DNA of 63,468 nucleotides, the filler included, from a bacterium (GTDB taxonomy: Bacteria; UBA9089; CG2-30-40-21; SBAY01): NCBI GenBank assembly GCA_040757115.1. It is 5 parts of 5 records of this genome, joined end to end, with 100 filler letters (N's around TTAATTAATTAA, not from the genome) between each part and the next. Parts side by side here need not be neighbours in the genome. Positions count along the whole stretch, not along the records: positions 1 to 31,731 come from JBFLYA010000017.1; 4 more parts are not named here. One strand, 5' to 3'. Positions 1-11,200 of the stretch are shown here, in pieces. Numbering within the stretch: position 1 is the first letter of the stretch; every line of letters begins with the position of its first letter. The notes beneath the pieces were generated by a model, which did not search any database, had not been told where the DNA came from, and worked only from the letters and a program-made list of their open reading frames with translations. The position numbers were made by a program, and so were the translations under genes.

Positions 1-239
1 TAATAATTAATTTTTTAATTTTATTTTCAACCCCCACCCCCCAATCTTGGGGGCTTTAATAAGGAATTAGGATTGTGGCATTCAAAATGACCAACAATAT
101 ATATTATACGAGGACGATGAAAATGGGGGAAGAACACACCCCTGACCGAACACTGAGGCTGGGGGTGAAGGGAAAATTCGAGGTGTGTGAAGACTAATAA
201 AATCAACGCTCAATTTTATCCGAGTTCTAAATAAAAAAG

Positions 240-467
240 GTAACCGTTCAGGCTATATATCAAAAGTGTAAGAAAGGGGATAAGGAGATAAGAGTGATAT
301 GGAGATAAGATAATAGAAATAGATTGAAATTTATAGAAATTAGGTAGAAATTGATTGTGGAAAACAACAAATTTCCATAAATTTCTATTAATTTCAATTT
401 TTTTAATAATATCTCCCTATCTCCTTAATCTCCACATCTCCTTTTGTTACACCACCTGAACGCTTAC
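240..467. mobile_element. IS66-like non-autonomous miniature element (MITE) with 8-bp target duplication
   Basis: Terminal inverted repeats GTAACCGTTCAGG ... CCTGAACGCTTAC. TAAAAAAG flanks both sides (232-239 and 468-475). GTAA termini and 8-bp TSDs are typical of IS66. A near-identical reverse copy starts at 55531. Confidence 0.8.
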
Positions 468-491
468 TAAAAAAGGAGGTGTGAGGAAAAA

Positions 492-917
492 ATGATGGTA
501 ATAAGATGGATTGTATCAGGGGTAGTGGTAGCGATAATTTCGCAGGTTGTGGGATTTGTAATCTATGGGCTGATATTTGGTAAATTTTGTGCGATGAGTG
601 AAGGTATCTGGCGACCGATGACGGATATTTGCTGGAGTGTGGGGATGCCATTGACAGACCTTCTGGCAGGTCTAATGTTTGCCCTCGGTTATCTTTTACT
701 TTACAAAGGGATACCAGGTAAAGGGATAAATAAAGGTTTTACCTTTGGGCTAATCGTTTGGCTTATGGCAAGGGTGCCAGGTGAGTTGTATTTTTATACT
801 ATGATTCCAATTCATCGGATGCTTGTCTTTGCCGGTTGGTTGCAGGGACTTCTCTCTTTATGCCTGGGAGGATTGGTCATAGCCGCCCTCTACGGCAAGA
901 CATTGGAAGAAAAATAG
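492..917 (+). CDS. Small integral membrane protein with about 4 TM helices (DUF1761-like)
   Basis: 141-aa ORF with four hydrophobic segments and AGGAGG/GAGG upstream. Family assignment is from overall pattern only. Confidence 0.7.
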   Translation: MMVIRWIVSGVVVAIISQVVGFVIYGLIFGKFCAMSEGIWRPMTDICWSVGMPLTDLLAGLMFALGYLLLYKGIPGKGINKGFTFGLIVWLMARVPGELYFYTMIPIHRMLVFAGWLQGLLSLCLGGLVIAALYGKTLEEK

Positions 918-1174
918 TCATAAACCAGATAACACAGATTTTAAAGAAAAACCACTAAGGCACTAAGAACACGAAGAAGTAGTCATATCCCCGCGGGACA
1001 CAAACAGCAATGAAAATTTATCACACAAAGACACGGACATGCAGAGAGAGAAAGAGAAGTATTTTATAAAGTTCCTCACGCAAAGACGCAAAAGACGCAA
1101 AGAAAAATAAGGGGAAAATTACCTTGGCGACCTTTGCGAGAAAAAAAAGGGATATTTAAGCAAATAAGAGTAAA

Positions 1175-1531
1175 ATGACTAAGCAATTTTCAACATACTT
1201 GTTAGATGAAATACTTTTGAAAGAAAAAATAAAAAGGGAGAATTTGCGTCGCCAACTAATCGAGAAGGTGCTAGCTACACTAACAAAACTTTCTGATAAG
1301 GTTAGTTTTAAAGAGGCATATCTGTTTGGTTCTATTGTCAATCCAAACAGTTTCTCCGAAAAATCTGATGTGGATATTGGCTTTGTTGATTTAAGTGACC
1401 GGGATTTCTTTAAAACTATGGCATTTATTTCAAGAGAAATTGGAATAGATGTTGATGTCGTTCAATTAGAAGGTCATCGTTTGGAAGAGAAGATAAAGGA
1501 TAAAGGTATAAGATGGATAAAGAAGGTTTAG
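1175..1531 (+). CDS. mntA: Minimal nucleotidyltransferase (MNT) antitoxin
   Basis: YLFGS...SDVDI Pol-beta NTase motif and later VDVVQL Asp; 118 aa; overlaps the downstream HEPN gene. Confidence 0.85.
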   Translation: MTKQFSTYLLDEILLKEKIKRENLRRQLIEKVLATLTKLSDKVSFKEAYLFGSIVNPNSFSEKSDVDIGFVDLSDRDFFKTMAFISREIGIDVDVVQLEGHRLEEKIKDKGIRWIKKV

Positions 1532-2007
1532 TTGTTCTAAAAGCTACAGTATCAAGGCAAATTGAGGAGATTGAAAAACTCTATGTTAGGATTGAGGACC
1601 GTAAACAAAAAAGAGGTAAATCAGGAATAGAAAGTCTTGCTTATCAACTACATAATCTCTATTGTGCCTTTGAAGACCTTTTTAAGATTGTGACTGATAG
1701 TTTTGATAATCATATCCAGAACAAAACCCATTACCATATAGAATTGCTAAGACGGATGACGATGACTATTGAAGGTATTCGACCAGCACTAATTTCTCAA
1801 GAAAATTATGAGTTATTGGATAATCTCAGAGCATTTAGACATCTTTTTCGGCATGCTTATTCTTATGAATTGGATGAAAGAAAAATAAAGATAGTTTTAG
1901 CCGACGCCATAAAATTAAAAAAACGCTACCAAAATGATATTAACATCTTTTTGAAAAGTATTGAGGGGAGACGGTCATCCCCGTTGGGGCATAAAGGAAG
2001 AAGATGA
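1513..2007 (+). CDS. hepT: HEPN RNase toxin (HepT-like) of an MNT-HEPN toxin-antitoxin pair
   Basis: LHNLYCAFEDLF helix and RHLFRHAY, which fits the R-X4-H-X-Y motif; 19-nt overlap with the MNT gene. The last ~10 codons come from a repeat element starting at 1976. Confidence 0.85.
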   Translation: MDKEGLVVLKATVSRQIEEIEKLYVRIEDRKQKRGKSGIESLAYQLHNLYCAFEDLFKIVTDSFDNHIQNKTHYHIELLRRMTMTIEGIRPALISQENYELLDNLRAFRHLFRHAYSYELDERKIKIVLADAIKLKKRYQNDINIFLKSIEGRRSSPLGHKGRR

Positions 2008-2087
2008 AAATGGGTTTGATGGTTCAGGTGAAATCAGGCTAAAGCCTGTGGCTACCAGCCTTCCCGAGTCCCGATTTTTAGAAGAAC
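1976..2087 (+). repeat. Dispersed repeat family E (CAT-hairpin...TGAAAAT...ATTTTYAG(A/G)AGAA)
   Basis: Related copies at 50921-51066 (+), 43838-43933 and 43937-44005 (-); left end only at 984-1017. Confidence 0.6.
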
Positions 2088-2094
2088 CCTTCAG

Positions 2095-2182
2095 CCTTCA
2101 ACCTGATTACGGACACGGAAAACGGACACGATTTACGAATTTTCAGTGTTTCATCCGTGTCCATCTGTGGCTGAATAGTTAC
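2095..2182. repeat. Partial GTAA-ended MITE (right end GGCTGAATAGTTAC)
   Basis: Resembles the reverse complement of the inner element starting at 44885 (GTAACTATTCAGCC..GATGGACACGGATGAAACAC). Confidence 0.6.
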
Positions 2183-2273
2183 TTTAATTTTACTTATAAA
2201 TTTCAATCCTTATTCGTATTCATAAACGGTAGAATTTGAGGACAAGACATATCGAAAAAAGATTGGAGAAGAG

Positions 2274-5200
2274 ATGAGTGGTTATTTTAAAAGTAAATTA
2301 GTTAGTTTCATAGTCATAAGTGGTATTGGACTGTTTTTATTTAACTCCAATGTTTGGGCGGCTACAACATTGTCCGTAGATTATATTAGTGGACCTGAGG
2401 TTCTCTACGATTCTACTACTGCCGGTCCCTCTCTTTTCACTCTGGGAGTGGCGATAAGAAACACGGGTGGTGAATCTGCCAATAATGTTATAGCTGTTTT
2501 AGATTTTGCCCCATCGGGTTCCTGGACTTATGGTTATGGAGAGGCAACCAGTAGCGGAACGATTACCTCCGGAACTGCTAGCCGAAGTTTTCTCACTCCA
2601 TTATCTCCTAATGCTACCTATACTGCCTTTTGGACAGTCAAATATCCTTGTCTCTCAGAGGGGGTTGTTCATACCTTTACCGTTACAGTAAGAGCTGATA
2701 ATGCCTCTCCCATAGTTTATAATGGCACACTTACGACTCACAATGTCGCAGCTACAGGTGTTGGTGGGACTCCAGTAGGAACATTACAAGGGATTGCAGG
2801 TGGAATTTTAGAGTTTGTGGTTACCTACGACTATGGTAATGTGGGAGCTAGTAATGCTGTTTATGTTCAACCTACAGGAAATAAAGTTGCAGTTGGTGCT
2901 ACTCCAGAGATAATTTTTGATGCCTCTATGTATCGGTTAACAGAAATATGGGGAACATATACCTATACAGATCTTTCTCCCTCTCCAGGGACATTTAGTG
3001 ATAAATTATACTTCCCAGCAGGTTTTCTTGGAAATGCTGCTTTTCTAACTGCCCATTATAAATTCCTTTGTCTGGCAGAAGGGCAAAACCGTGTAGTTCC
3101 GTATGGTGCGAAGGTAGGTGCGCAAAATCAATATAATAACTCATATAATGATGAGACTACTTATGTTACTTTACAGGGGAGCGTGACTTTGACATTAAAC
3201 AAATTTGTAGATTTTGGGACTATTACCCCAGGCGGGACACTTACCTATACCATTGTCTATAAAAATACCTCCGGCACTTATACGGCTAATTATGTTAGTA
3301 TTACGGATGTTATCCCAGCCAGCACTACTTATATCAGCCTTACCGGAAATGGTACTTATAATCCTACAACTAACAAGATTACCTGGGATATTGGGAGTAT
3401 TGGAACAAATACTCAAGGCACGGTAACTTTTAAGGTCAGGGTGAACAATGTTGAGGCGGGGACAATTACCAATATAGCTGAATTATACATTGCCGATAAT
3501 GCCAGCCCTACACTTGTTGCCAGTGTTACCACGACGGTTTATAATGTGCCGCCAGTAATTCAAGTTATCTCACCCAATGGTGGTGAATATTGGAGTGGAA
3601 CAAATACGATTAAATGGACATATTTTGATAGCAATGGCACAACGACTATTGGTTATGTGATAGCCTATTCTACGGCAGGAACTACCTGGATAGACATCAC
3701 TACCGGGACAGTAGCTGGCTTGGCACAAATAGGCACTTCAACTTATGACTGGAATGTTGGAACTCAGACAGATGGCACTTATACCATTCGTGTTGTTGGA
3801 ACTGATACCTATACAGGTGATTTAGGTCCTGCGCCTGGTAGAGGGACAGATACATCGGATGCCTATTTTACCATTGATAATACAGCACCACAAGTAACGA
3901 TTACTTCACCAACGATGAATAGTCCAGCGACAAAGTCAGCGGGACAAACAGTAAATATCTCCTTTAATTATACCGAATTTAGCCCTCAAACCTATACTGT
4001 CCGAATTTTTAATGGGGCGACGGTGATTGGAAGTAAGACAGTGAGTTCAGGATTAAACCCTGGAACGAATGTTGCTACCTCAACGGATGTATCTCTTTTG
4101 CTGACGGCTCAGAGTGGTTCCTACACCGTAGAGGTGGTAATGATAGATAACTTTGGTAGAACTGGCACAAGTAGTGAAGCAGGGGCGGTCCAGGTTAGAA
4201 ATCCAAAGGTAGAAATAGTCAGCACTGTCCCGACTAAAATTATTGATAATGAAAGCGATGATTTATTGAAAATAAGTATCTTCAATAACACCCCTACCTC
4301 ACCAATCGAATGGGCAAAGGTGGATATTAAATTTACTACCAATGGCACAACACCAATTACTGGAACTGAAGCGAGTAATTTATTCTCGCAGTTATGGATT
4401 GCCGTGGATAATGGTGATGGTATTTTTACTTATTTGGTTGACGATGTTCCGGCGACATCTACAACCGATTTTTCCTCTCTGGGCACAAGTGGGATTTTGT
4501 CTATAGTTTTCAATGATGGAGATTCAAATCTTCAAATAAGTTCTGGGGCAACAAAGACTTTCTTTGTCGTCCTCCAGGTAAAGCAGGATGCCAGTGCTCA
4601 AGGGACAAAGACATTTGTCGTCTCGATGGATGAAAACGGCACGCAAGGCACCAGTAGTAATTTAGAGTTCATTGTTGATGATGATGGGCTATCAGACAAT
4701 CCTCTGGTTTTAGAGCAAGAAGGGGCTGAGTTAGTTAGTTCTACTCAATGTGCCGCTGTACCAGAAGACCCAACTATAACCGTAACTGATACCGCCCCTA
4801 CTACCTTAAAAGATGGCAGTATTGATGATATTTTAAAGATAGCGGTTAAACATAATAGCAGTTCTCTGGCAGGAAATATCGAATTTGCCTACCTGACGAT
4901 GAAATTTACCTCAGATGGAATCCCTCTTACCGGCACAACCACACCTCAAGCACTATTCCAGAATATATTTGTCTTTCGTGATGGCACTACTACCGGTGTA
5001 GGGAATTATGGGTCAGAGGATATTTGTGTCGCCACAGTTACTCAGGGTAGTATTAGTTTAAGTTCAAACGGGACAATGACTATTAGTTTAGCAGACCCAA
5101 GTTCTTATACGGTTACCTCCTGGGGCACTACCTCTACATACTTTTTGGGGGTTGAACTGACTCAAGGGGCAAGTGGTTGGGCAACCAGGACCTTTGCGGT

Positions 5201-8200
5201 GACGGTGAATGCCATAGCAGGTGATGTAGTCATTGAGGATGAAACCACTGATACTCAACTTGGGATTAAAGATAATTCCTCAGGCTCAGTGCAATCTACT
5301 CAGGTAAAGGCTATCCCCAAAGATCCTGCTGTGGTTGGAACAAATACTGCTCCAGTTAATATCCCGGATGGTAGTGATGACGACCTTTTAAAGATAACCG
5401 TAACCAATACGGGTACTACAACTTCAGGAAGTATTGGGTTTGGGACTTCAACATTTAGATTTACCAAAGATGGCACTACTGCTTTATCTCCGCAGGATGC
5501 AAGTAGATTGTTTGCCTATTTCTATCTCTATCGGGATACAGGGGATGGTTCTTATAGTTCATCTACTGATAGTCGGGTGGCTACTTACACACCCTCCCTT
5601 GATACAAATGGTGAGCAGACCTTTGTTTTTGGCACAAGTGATACGAATTTCAAGACGGATGGAGGGACAGCCACTATCTATTTTCTTGTAGTCAAACTAT
5701 CTGGCACAGCGAGTGGTTATGCGACAGATACATTTGTTGCCGCGATAATTTTGGCAAAGACCTTTGATTGGCGGGATAAATTTGAATTATCCACGACATT
5801 TACCCCCGCGACATCTACCCAGGTTAAGGCAATTCCGGTTAAACCAGAGGTAGATGTAACCAATATTGCCCCTATCAAGATATGCGAAAATGAGAAAGAT
5901 GCACTTTTGAAGATAAAGTTAATTAATCCGGGTATGGGTGGGGCACAAGATATAAAGTTTGCCAGTGTAACGGTAAGGTTTGGAAGTCAGACGGATATGC
6001 AGTTGACCAGCTCACAGGCACAGGCTTTGTTTAAGAAATTGTATGTTTATTATGATGAAGATGGGAATGGGTTATTTGGGGCAGGTGATATAGTTGTTGG
6101 TAGTCTGACGCAATCAAATATCGCCGGGACAAATACCATTGAACTTGAGTCAGGCACGAGGACTACGGTTTCTGCCGGAGGCTCTGCTACCTATCTTTTA
6201 GTTGTAGAATTAACCGGCACGGCAAGTAGTACCTCACCACGCGTATTTATGGCCAAGATAAAGGAAGATACCGACCCGGTAGTCAGGGCAGGGGATACTA
6301 ATGAGCAACTTAGCCTAGCTACCTCTGACTTAGGGACATCCACACAGGTAACTGTGGTGTCGCCTAACCCTGATGTTGCGGCTACCTCTACCGCACCTTC
6401 CCCTTCAACGATGAGTGACTTACAAAAAGAGGATTTGCTGAGACTGACATTGACCCATAAAGGTATTTCAGGTTCACAGGATATAAGATTGGCTACCGTT
6501 ACTGTGAAACTTACCTCGAATGGTAGTTCGCCACTGGATACTCCGCAGGCAAAATCATTGTTTGACAAAATCATTATCTATTACGACACCAATGGCATCT
6601 TTGAAGAGAGTGATACGGTAGTTGGCAGTGTAACTAATGCCAATATCTCTCTGGATGGTGGTAAGCAGAAGATAGACCTTTACAATACCGCGGATGCAGT
6701 TGTTTCTGTAGGGAGTCCTAAATCATATTTTGTCGTGGTGGAGTTGAGGGGGACTGCCAGTGATTCTGGTGTTCGTACCTTTGCGGCAACCTTTGAGCCG
6801 GCTACTGATACTACGGTCAGGGATAATCTATCGAATATTATCCTGACGGTTAATCCGACCTCTTCGGTTACCACTGCCGTAATCACTGCTCAAGGCACAC
6901 CAACACCACCCAATGTTTATGTCTATGATTCAGCCCCGGCTTCAATTATTAGTGGTGAGAAGAATGACCTTCTGATGATAAAACTTGGGCATACGGGTGA
7001 TGCAAAGGATGCGGATATCGAGATGGCAAGTTTGAAAGTTAAATTTACTAATGGCACACCTACATTTACTGAATTGACTGATACTGAGGCGGCGAATTTA
7101 TTTCAAGCGGTCTATGTCTATCTTGACAGCGGCAATAATAACTATGATGAAAGTGATACCCAGGTTGGAGCAACGACTACTATTAAAGGGAGTACTACCT
7201 TTACCTTTACTGATGGAGATACAAATGTGCAGGTGCCTAAATCTGTTGGCACAAAGACTTATTTGTTAGTGGTGAAACTGACAGCCAATGCTAATGATTA
7301 TGGCACATTTTCCGCTACGATTGATGGCTCAAAGGTAGTTGCTCAGGATGCCAATACCGATGGCACACTTACCATCGGAGGTTATAATGTAGGCACATCT
7401 ACCTCATTGAAATCCGCATCAGCAGACCCGTCGATTGTAGTGGATAGCACCGGGCCCGGGACGACAACGATTGACCCAGACTTTGGCAGGATGCTCAATG
7501 ATGAAACCAATGATTTGCTGAGATTAAATGTGAGTCATCACGGCATTCCGGCAACGGTAGGACTTATATTTGCGACGGTTACAGTTAGATTTACTGATGG
7601 CAATAGTGATTTATCAACTCTCCAGGCAAAGGAATTGTTTGAGAATATCTTCATTTATCTGGATAATGGCGATTTTGAATTTGGTGGTACTGATACTCCG
7701 GTAGCCACAATTACTAATGCCCAGATAGACCTTTCTGGTGGCATTCAGAAGATAGACTTGCCCAATAATTCCTCTACTCAAATTGGCACAGGTGCAACCC
7801 AATATTACTTTTTAGTCATAGACCTGAAGGCAACCGCTACCCTGGGTGCGATAAACACATTTAATGCCATTATCGATGGTGAGGAATGCACCTTACGACG
7901 GCAGGATAACCTTGCTACACATACTATTAGTCCAACTACACCGGCGACATCTACCCCAACGACCAAAATCGTGATGAAAAATCCTACGGTAGATGTAGAT
8001 GATACTGCCCCATCACCGCCAACAATGACCGATGGTGAGCAGGAAGATTTGTTGCGAATTAAGGTATATCATGGAGAAACAGCTACTACTTTGCCCAATG
8101 TCCGATTTGCTACCCTAACTGTAACTTTCCTTGGTGGTAAGACAGGGGCAACTTTGACTACTACAGAGGCACAGAATTTATTCAGTAATGTCTGGATGTA

Positions 8201-11200
8201 TTTAGATTCTGGAAATGATGGCACATATAGTTTATCTTCAGACACTATTCGGGTAGGCACTGCTACAACCATAAATGGGGTAACTTCCATTTCTGTTGCC
8301 AGCAGCACAAATACCGTCATTGCCCCGGCGGGTTCAAAAACATACTTTCTCGTTGTCCAATTACGCAATGATGCCGTTAAGGCAAGTAAGCAAGGGACAA
8401 ATAGCTTTGCAGCCGTGATAAATAGCCTCTATGACCCATTCATAGTTGAGCAGGATAGTGGGTATCGATTGACTGTTTCTTCGCCAGATAGTCCGGTGAC
8501 TTCCGCTACGGTTACAGCACAGGGGGGCGTGCCCACAGCTACGGTTAATGTAATCAATACTGTGCCCAGCAATCCTTACAATATGCCAGATAGTGACATA
8601 GACGATTTGTTGCGGGTAGCAATTACTCATAATGGCACGACTACGGAGTCGTCAATGTGGCTATCACAGATGGAGGTAGTATTTGGCAGTTGGACTGCGG
8701 CTTTGACTACCGCACAGGCTAAATCGTTATTTAAGAATATCTACATTTACCTCGATACCGGGGATAACCAATTCCAAACAACAGATACCTTGGTGAAGAC
8801 AATCCCTAATGCTGAAATTCAAGGCACATTATCTATTGCCTTTACTAAGACGACAGAGACAACTATCGCTACAAATACTACCAAAACCTACTTTGTGGTG
8901 GTAGAATTGCAGGAAGATGCCAGTGGCACTTCGACACATACTTTTAATGCGGCAATTGATGGAGATACACAGGTCATTTTAAAGGATGTGAATTTAGAGG
9001 AAGGAGGAACGGTTACTATTTCTGCTACCAGCCCGGTGACTTCATCCAATGTGCGGGCAGTGCCAAAAAATCCGCAGGTAACAGTTTCTAATGTTGCACC
9101 TACAACTATAAAAGATGGGAATGAAAATGGTTTATTAAGAATACAAATAACTCATCCAGGAACTAAAACTGCTGGTAAGATAGAATTTGCTACATTGACT
9201 GTTAGATTTAAGAAACCAGATGGTACTCCTTTATTAGATACGGATGTGCAGGCATTATTTGGCACTGTAAGTGTTTATTATAACTCAGATACATTGGTAG
9301 GTAGTGCTACGGGTAATGCTATTTTAGGAACATTGGCTTTTACTTTTGATGAAAGTACATCAATGCAAATAGAAGGAGGAAGTTCATCTATCTATTTTGT
9401 AGTGGTTTCACTGACAGGTACTGCCAGCAGTTATGGTACAAAGACATTTATAGTAGAGGTGGGTAGTACTACAGATGTATTAATTGAGGCAGTTTCAGAT
9501 GATACCTTGTTAGATATTTCACTTACTCCCGGAAGTTCTACCTCAGTGACTGCTATACCTGAAAATCCAAAGGTAGAGGTATCCACGATTGCTCAAGCGG
9601 TGCTTCGAGACGATGGCCAGCCAAAGAATGGTTTACTGTCGGTGAAGATTACCAATACGGGTATTTCAGGTGCAGGGAAGGTGGAGTGGGGAACTTTGAC
9701 GCTGAGATTTACGCAAAGTGGAGGAAGTGCTTTGACCGGTGCTCTGGCAGAGAATTTATTTGAGAATATCTATGTCTATCTGGACGATAATCGTGATGGG
9801 ATATACACGGTAGCAAGTGATACAACTGTGGTAGGTAGTGCAAGTGATGTAAATAGTTTTATCAATAGCCAGGGTTATGGCACACTTACCTTCACCGAAG
9901 GCACAAGGACACAAATTACATCGGCATCTTATACGACATACTTTCTGGTGGTGGAACTGAAACCTACGGCAAGTGGTGCCTCACCTAAGACATTTGTTGG
10001 TAGTATTACCTCTACCTGGGTTAAGGTGCGGGATGAGCAGAGTAATATTGAGTTATCCTTAGATGGAGCCAGTTATGGCTCATCTACCCCGGCGGTAACC
10101 ATCATCCCAGTAGACCCGAGTGCTACCGTAACAGATACAGCTAAACTTATGTCCAATCTCCAGCAGAAGGATACGACCAAAGATGACCTGTTATCTATTT
10201 CCATTGGTAACAATGGCACATCAGGGACAGGGGCAGTGGAATTTGGGACTTTGGGTTTGAGATTTTTTGCTACTGCTACTACATCGTTATCTCCCACGGA
10301 GGCAGAGGCTCTATTTGAAAACCTCTTTATCTATCGGGATAACGGGGATGGTGTTTATTCTACCAGTACAGATACGACTGCTATTGCTACGATTACGGAT
10401 ATGACCAGCTTTTTAAATGGCCAGGGTTATGGCACAATGGCTATTTCAGAGAGCACAAATAGCCAGATTCAAGCAGGGACATCTAATACTTTCTTTATAG
10501 TGGTAGAATTAAAGAATGGTGCTAGTGGTCAAGGGACAAATACATATTTTGTTGAGGTTGGGACAGCAAATATTGGACTACGTGATGCGGTGAGTAATAT
10601 CCCGGTAGGGTTAACACCAAATAGCCGTGGGTCTGTTTCCACTAAGGTCATAGCCGTGCCATTAGAGCCGAGTATTCAAGTTATAGATACTGCACCCAAA
10701 AGATATTCAAGTGCAGAGCCGAGTATGACGGATAATGAAAAAGAGGATTTACTTCGTCTGAGAGTGACACATAACGGTGTTTCAACCAGTAGGCCGATAG
10801 AATTTGCCTCATTACGGGTGAAGTTCACGCAAGACCAAGCCTTGACCACGCCATTAACTGAGTCACAAATGGGAGGTTTATTTAAGAAGATATATGTCTA
10901 TTATAGCACAGACAATTCTTATGCCTCGCAGACAGATACAATAGCCATAGGCAGTGTGACTAACTTTACTAATTTTGTAGATACTGGTGGTTATGGAACG
11001 ATTACCTTCTCTGAAATTGCCGAGACAAAGGTTACTGGAGGAAATTCTAAATACTACTTCCTTGTGGTTGAGTTAACCGGGACAGCCAGTTTTCAGACTC
11101 CCAGGACATTTGTGACAACAGTAGATGCGGATGTAGATGCGGCAATCGAGTTGGCTACTTCTACTACAAGGATTGGTGTCCGACCTGTGGCTACGGTATC

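Noticed and set aside
101-114. 14-nt match ATATTATACGAGGA to the 3' end of the shared leader (32028-32041)
   Set aside because: Short and AT-rich with no flanking similarity; cannot be told from chance without a genome-wide count.
403-651. 82-aa minus-strand ORF and other short ORFs over repeats (1961-2239, 44903-45232, 47365-47580, 48111-48483)
   Set aside because: They are translations of MITE or repeat DNA, or antisense to real genes.
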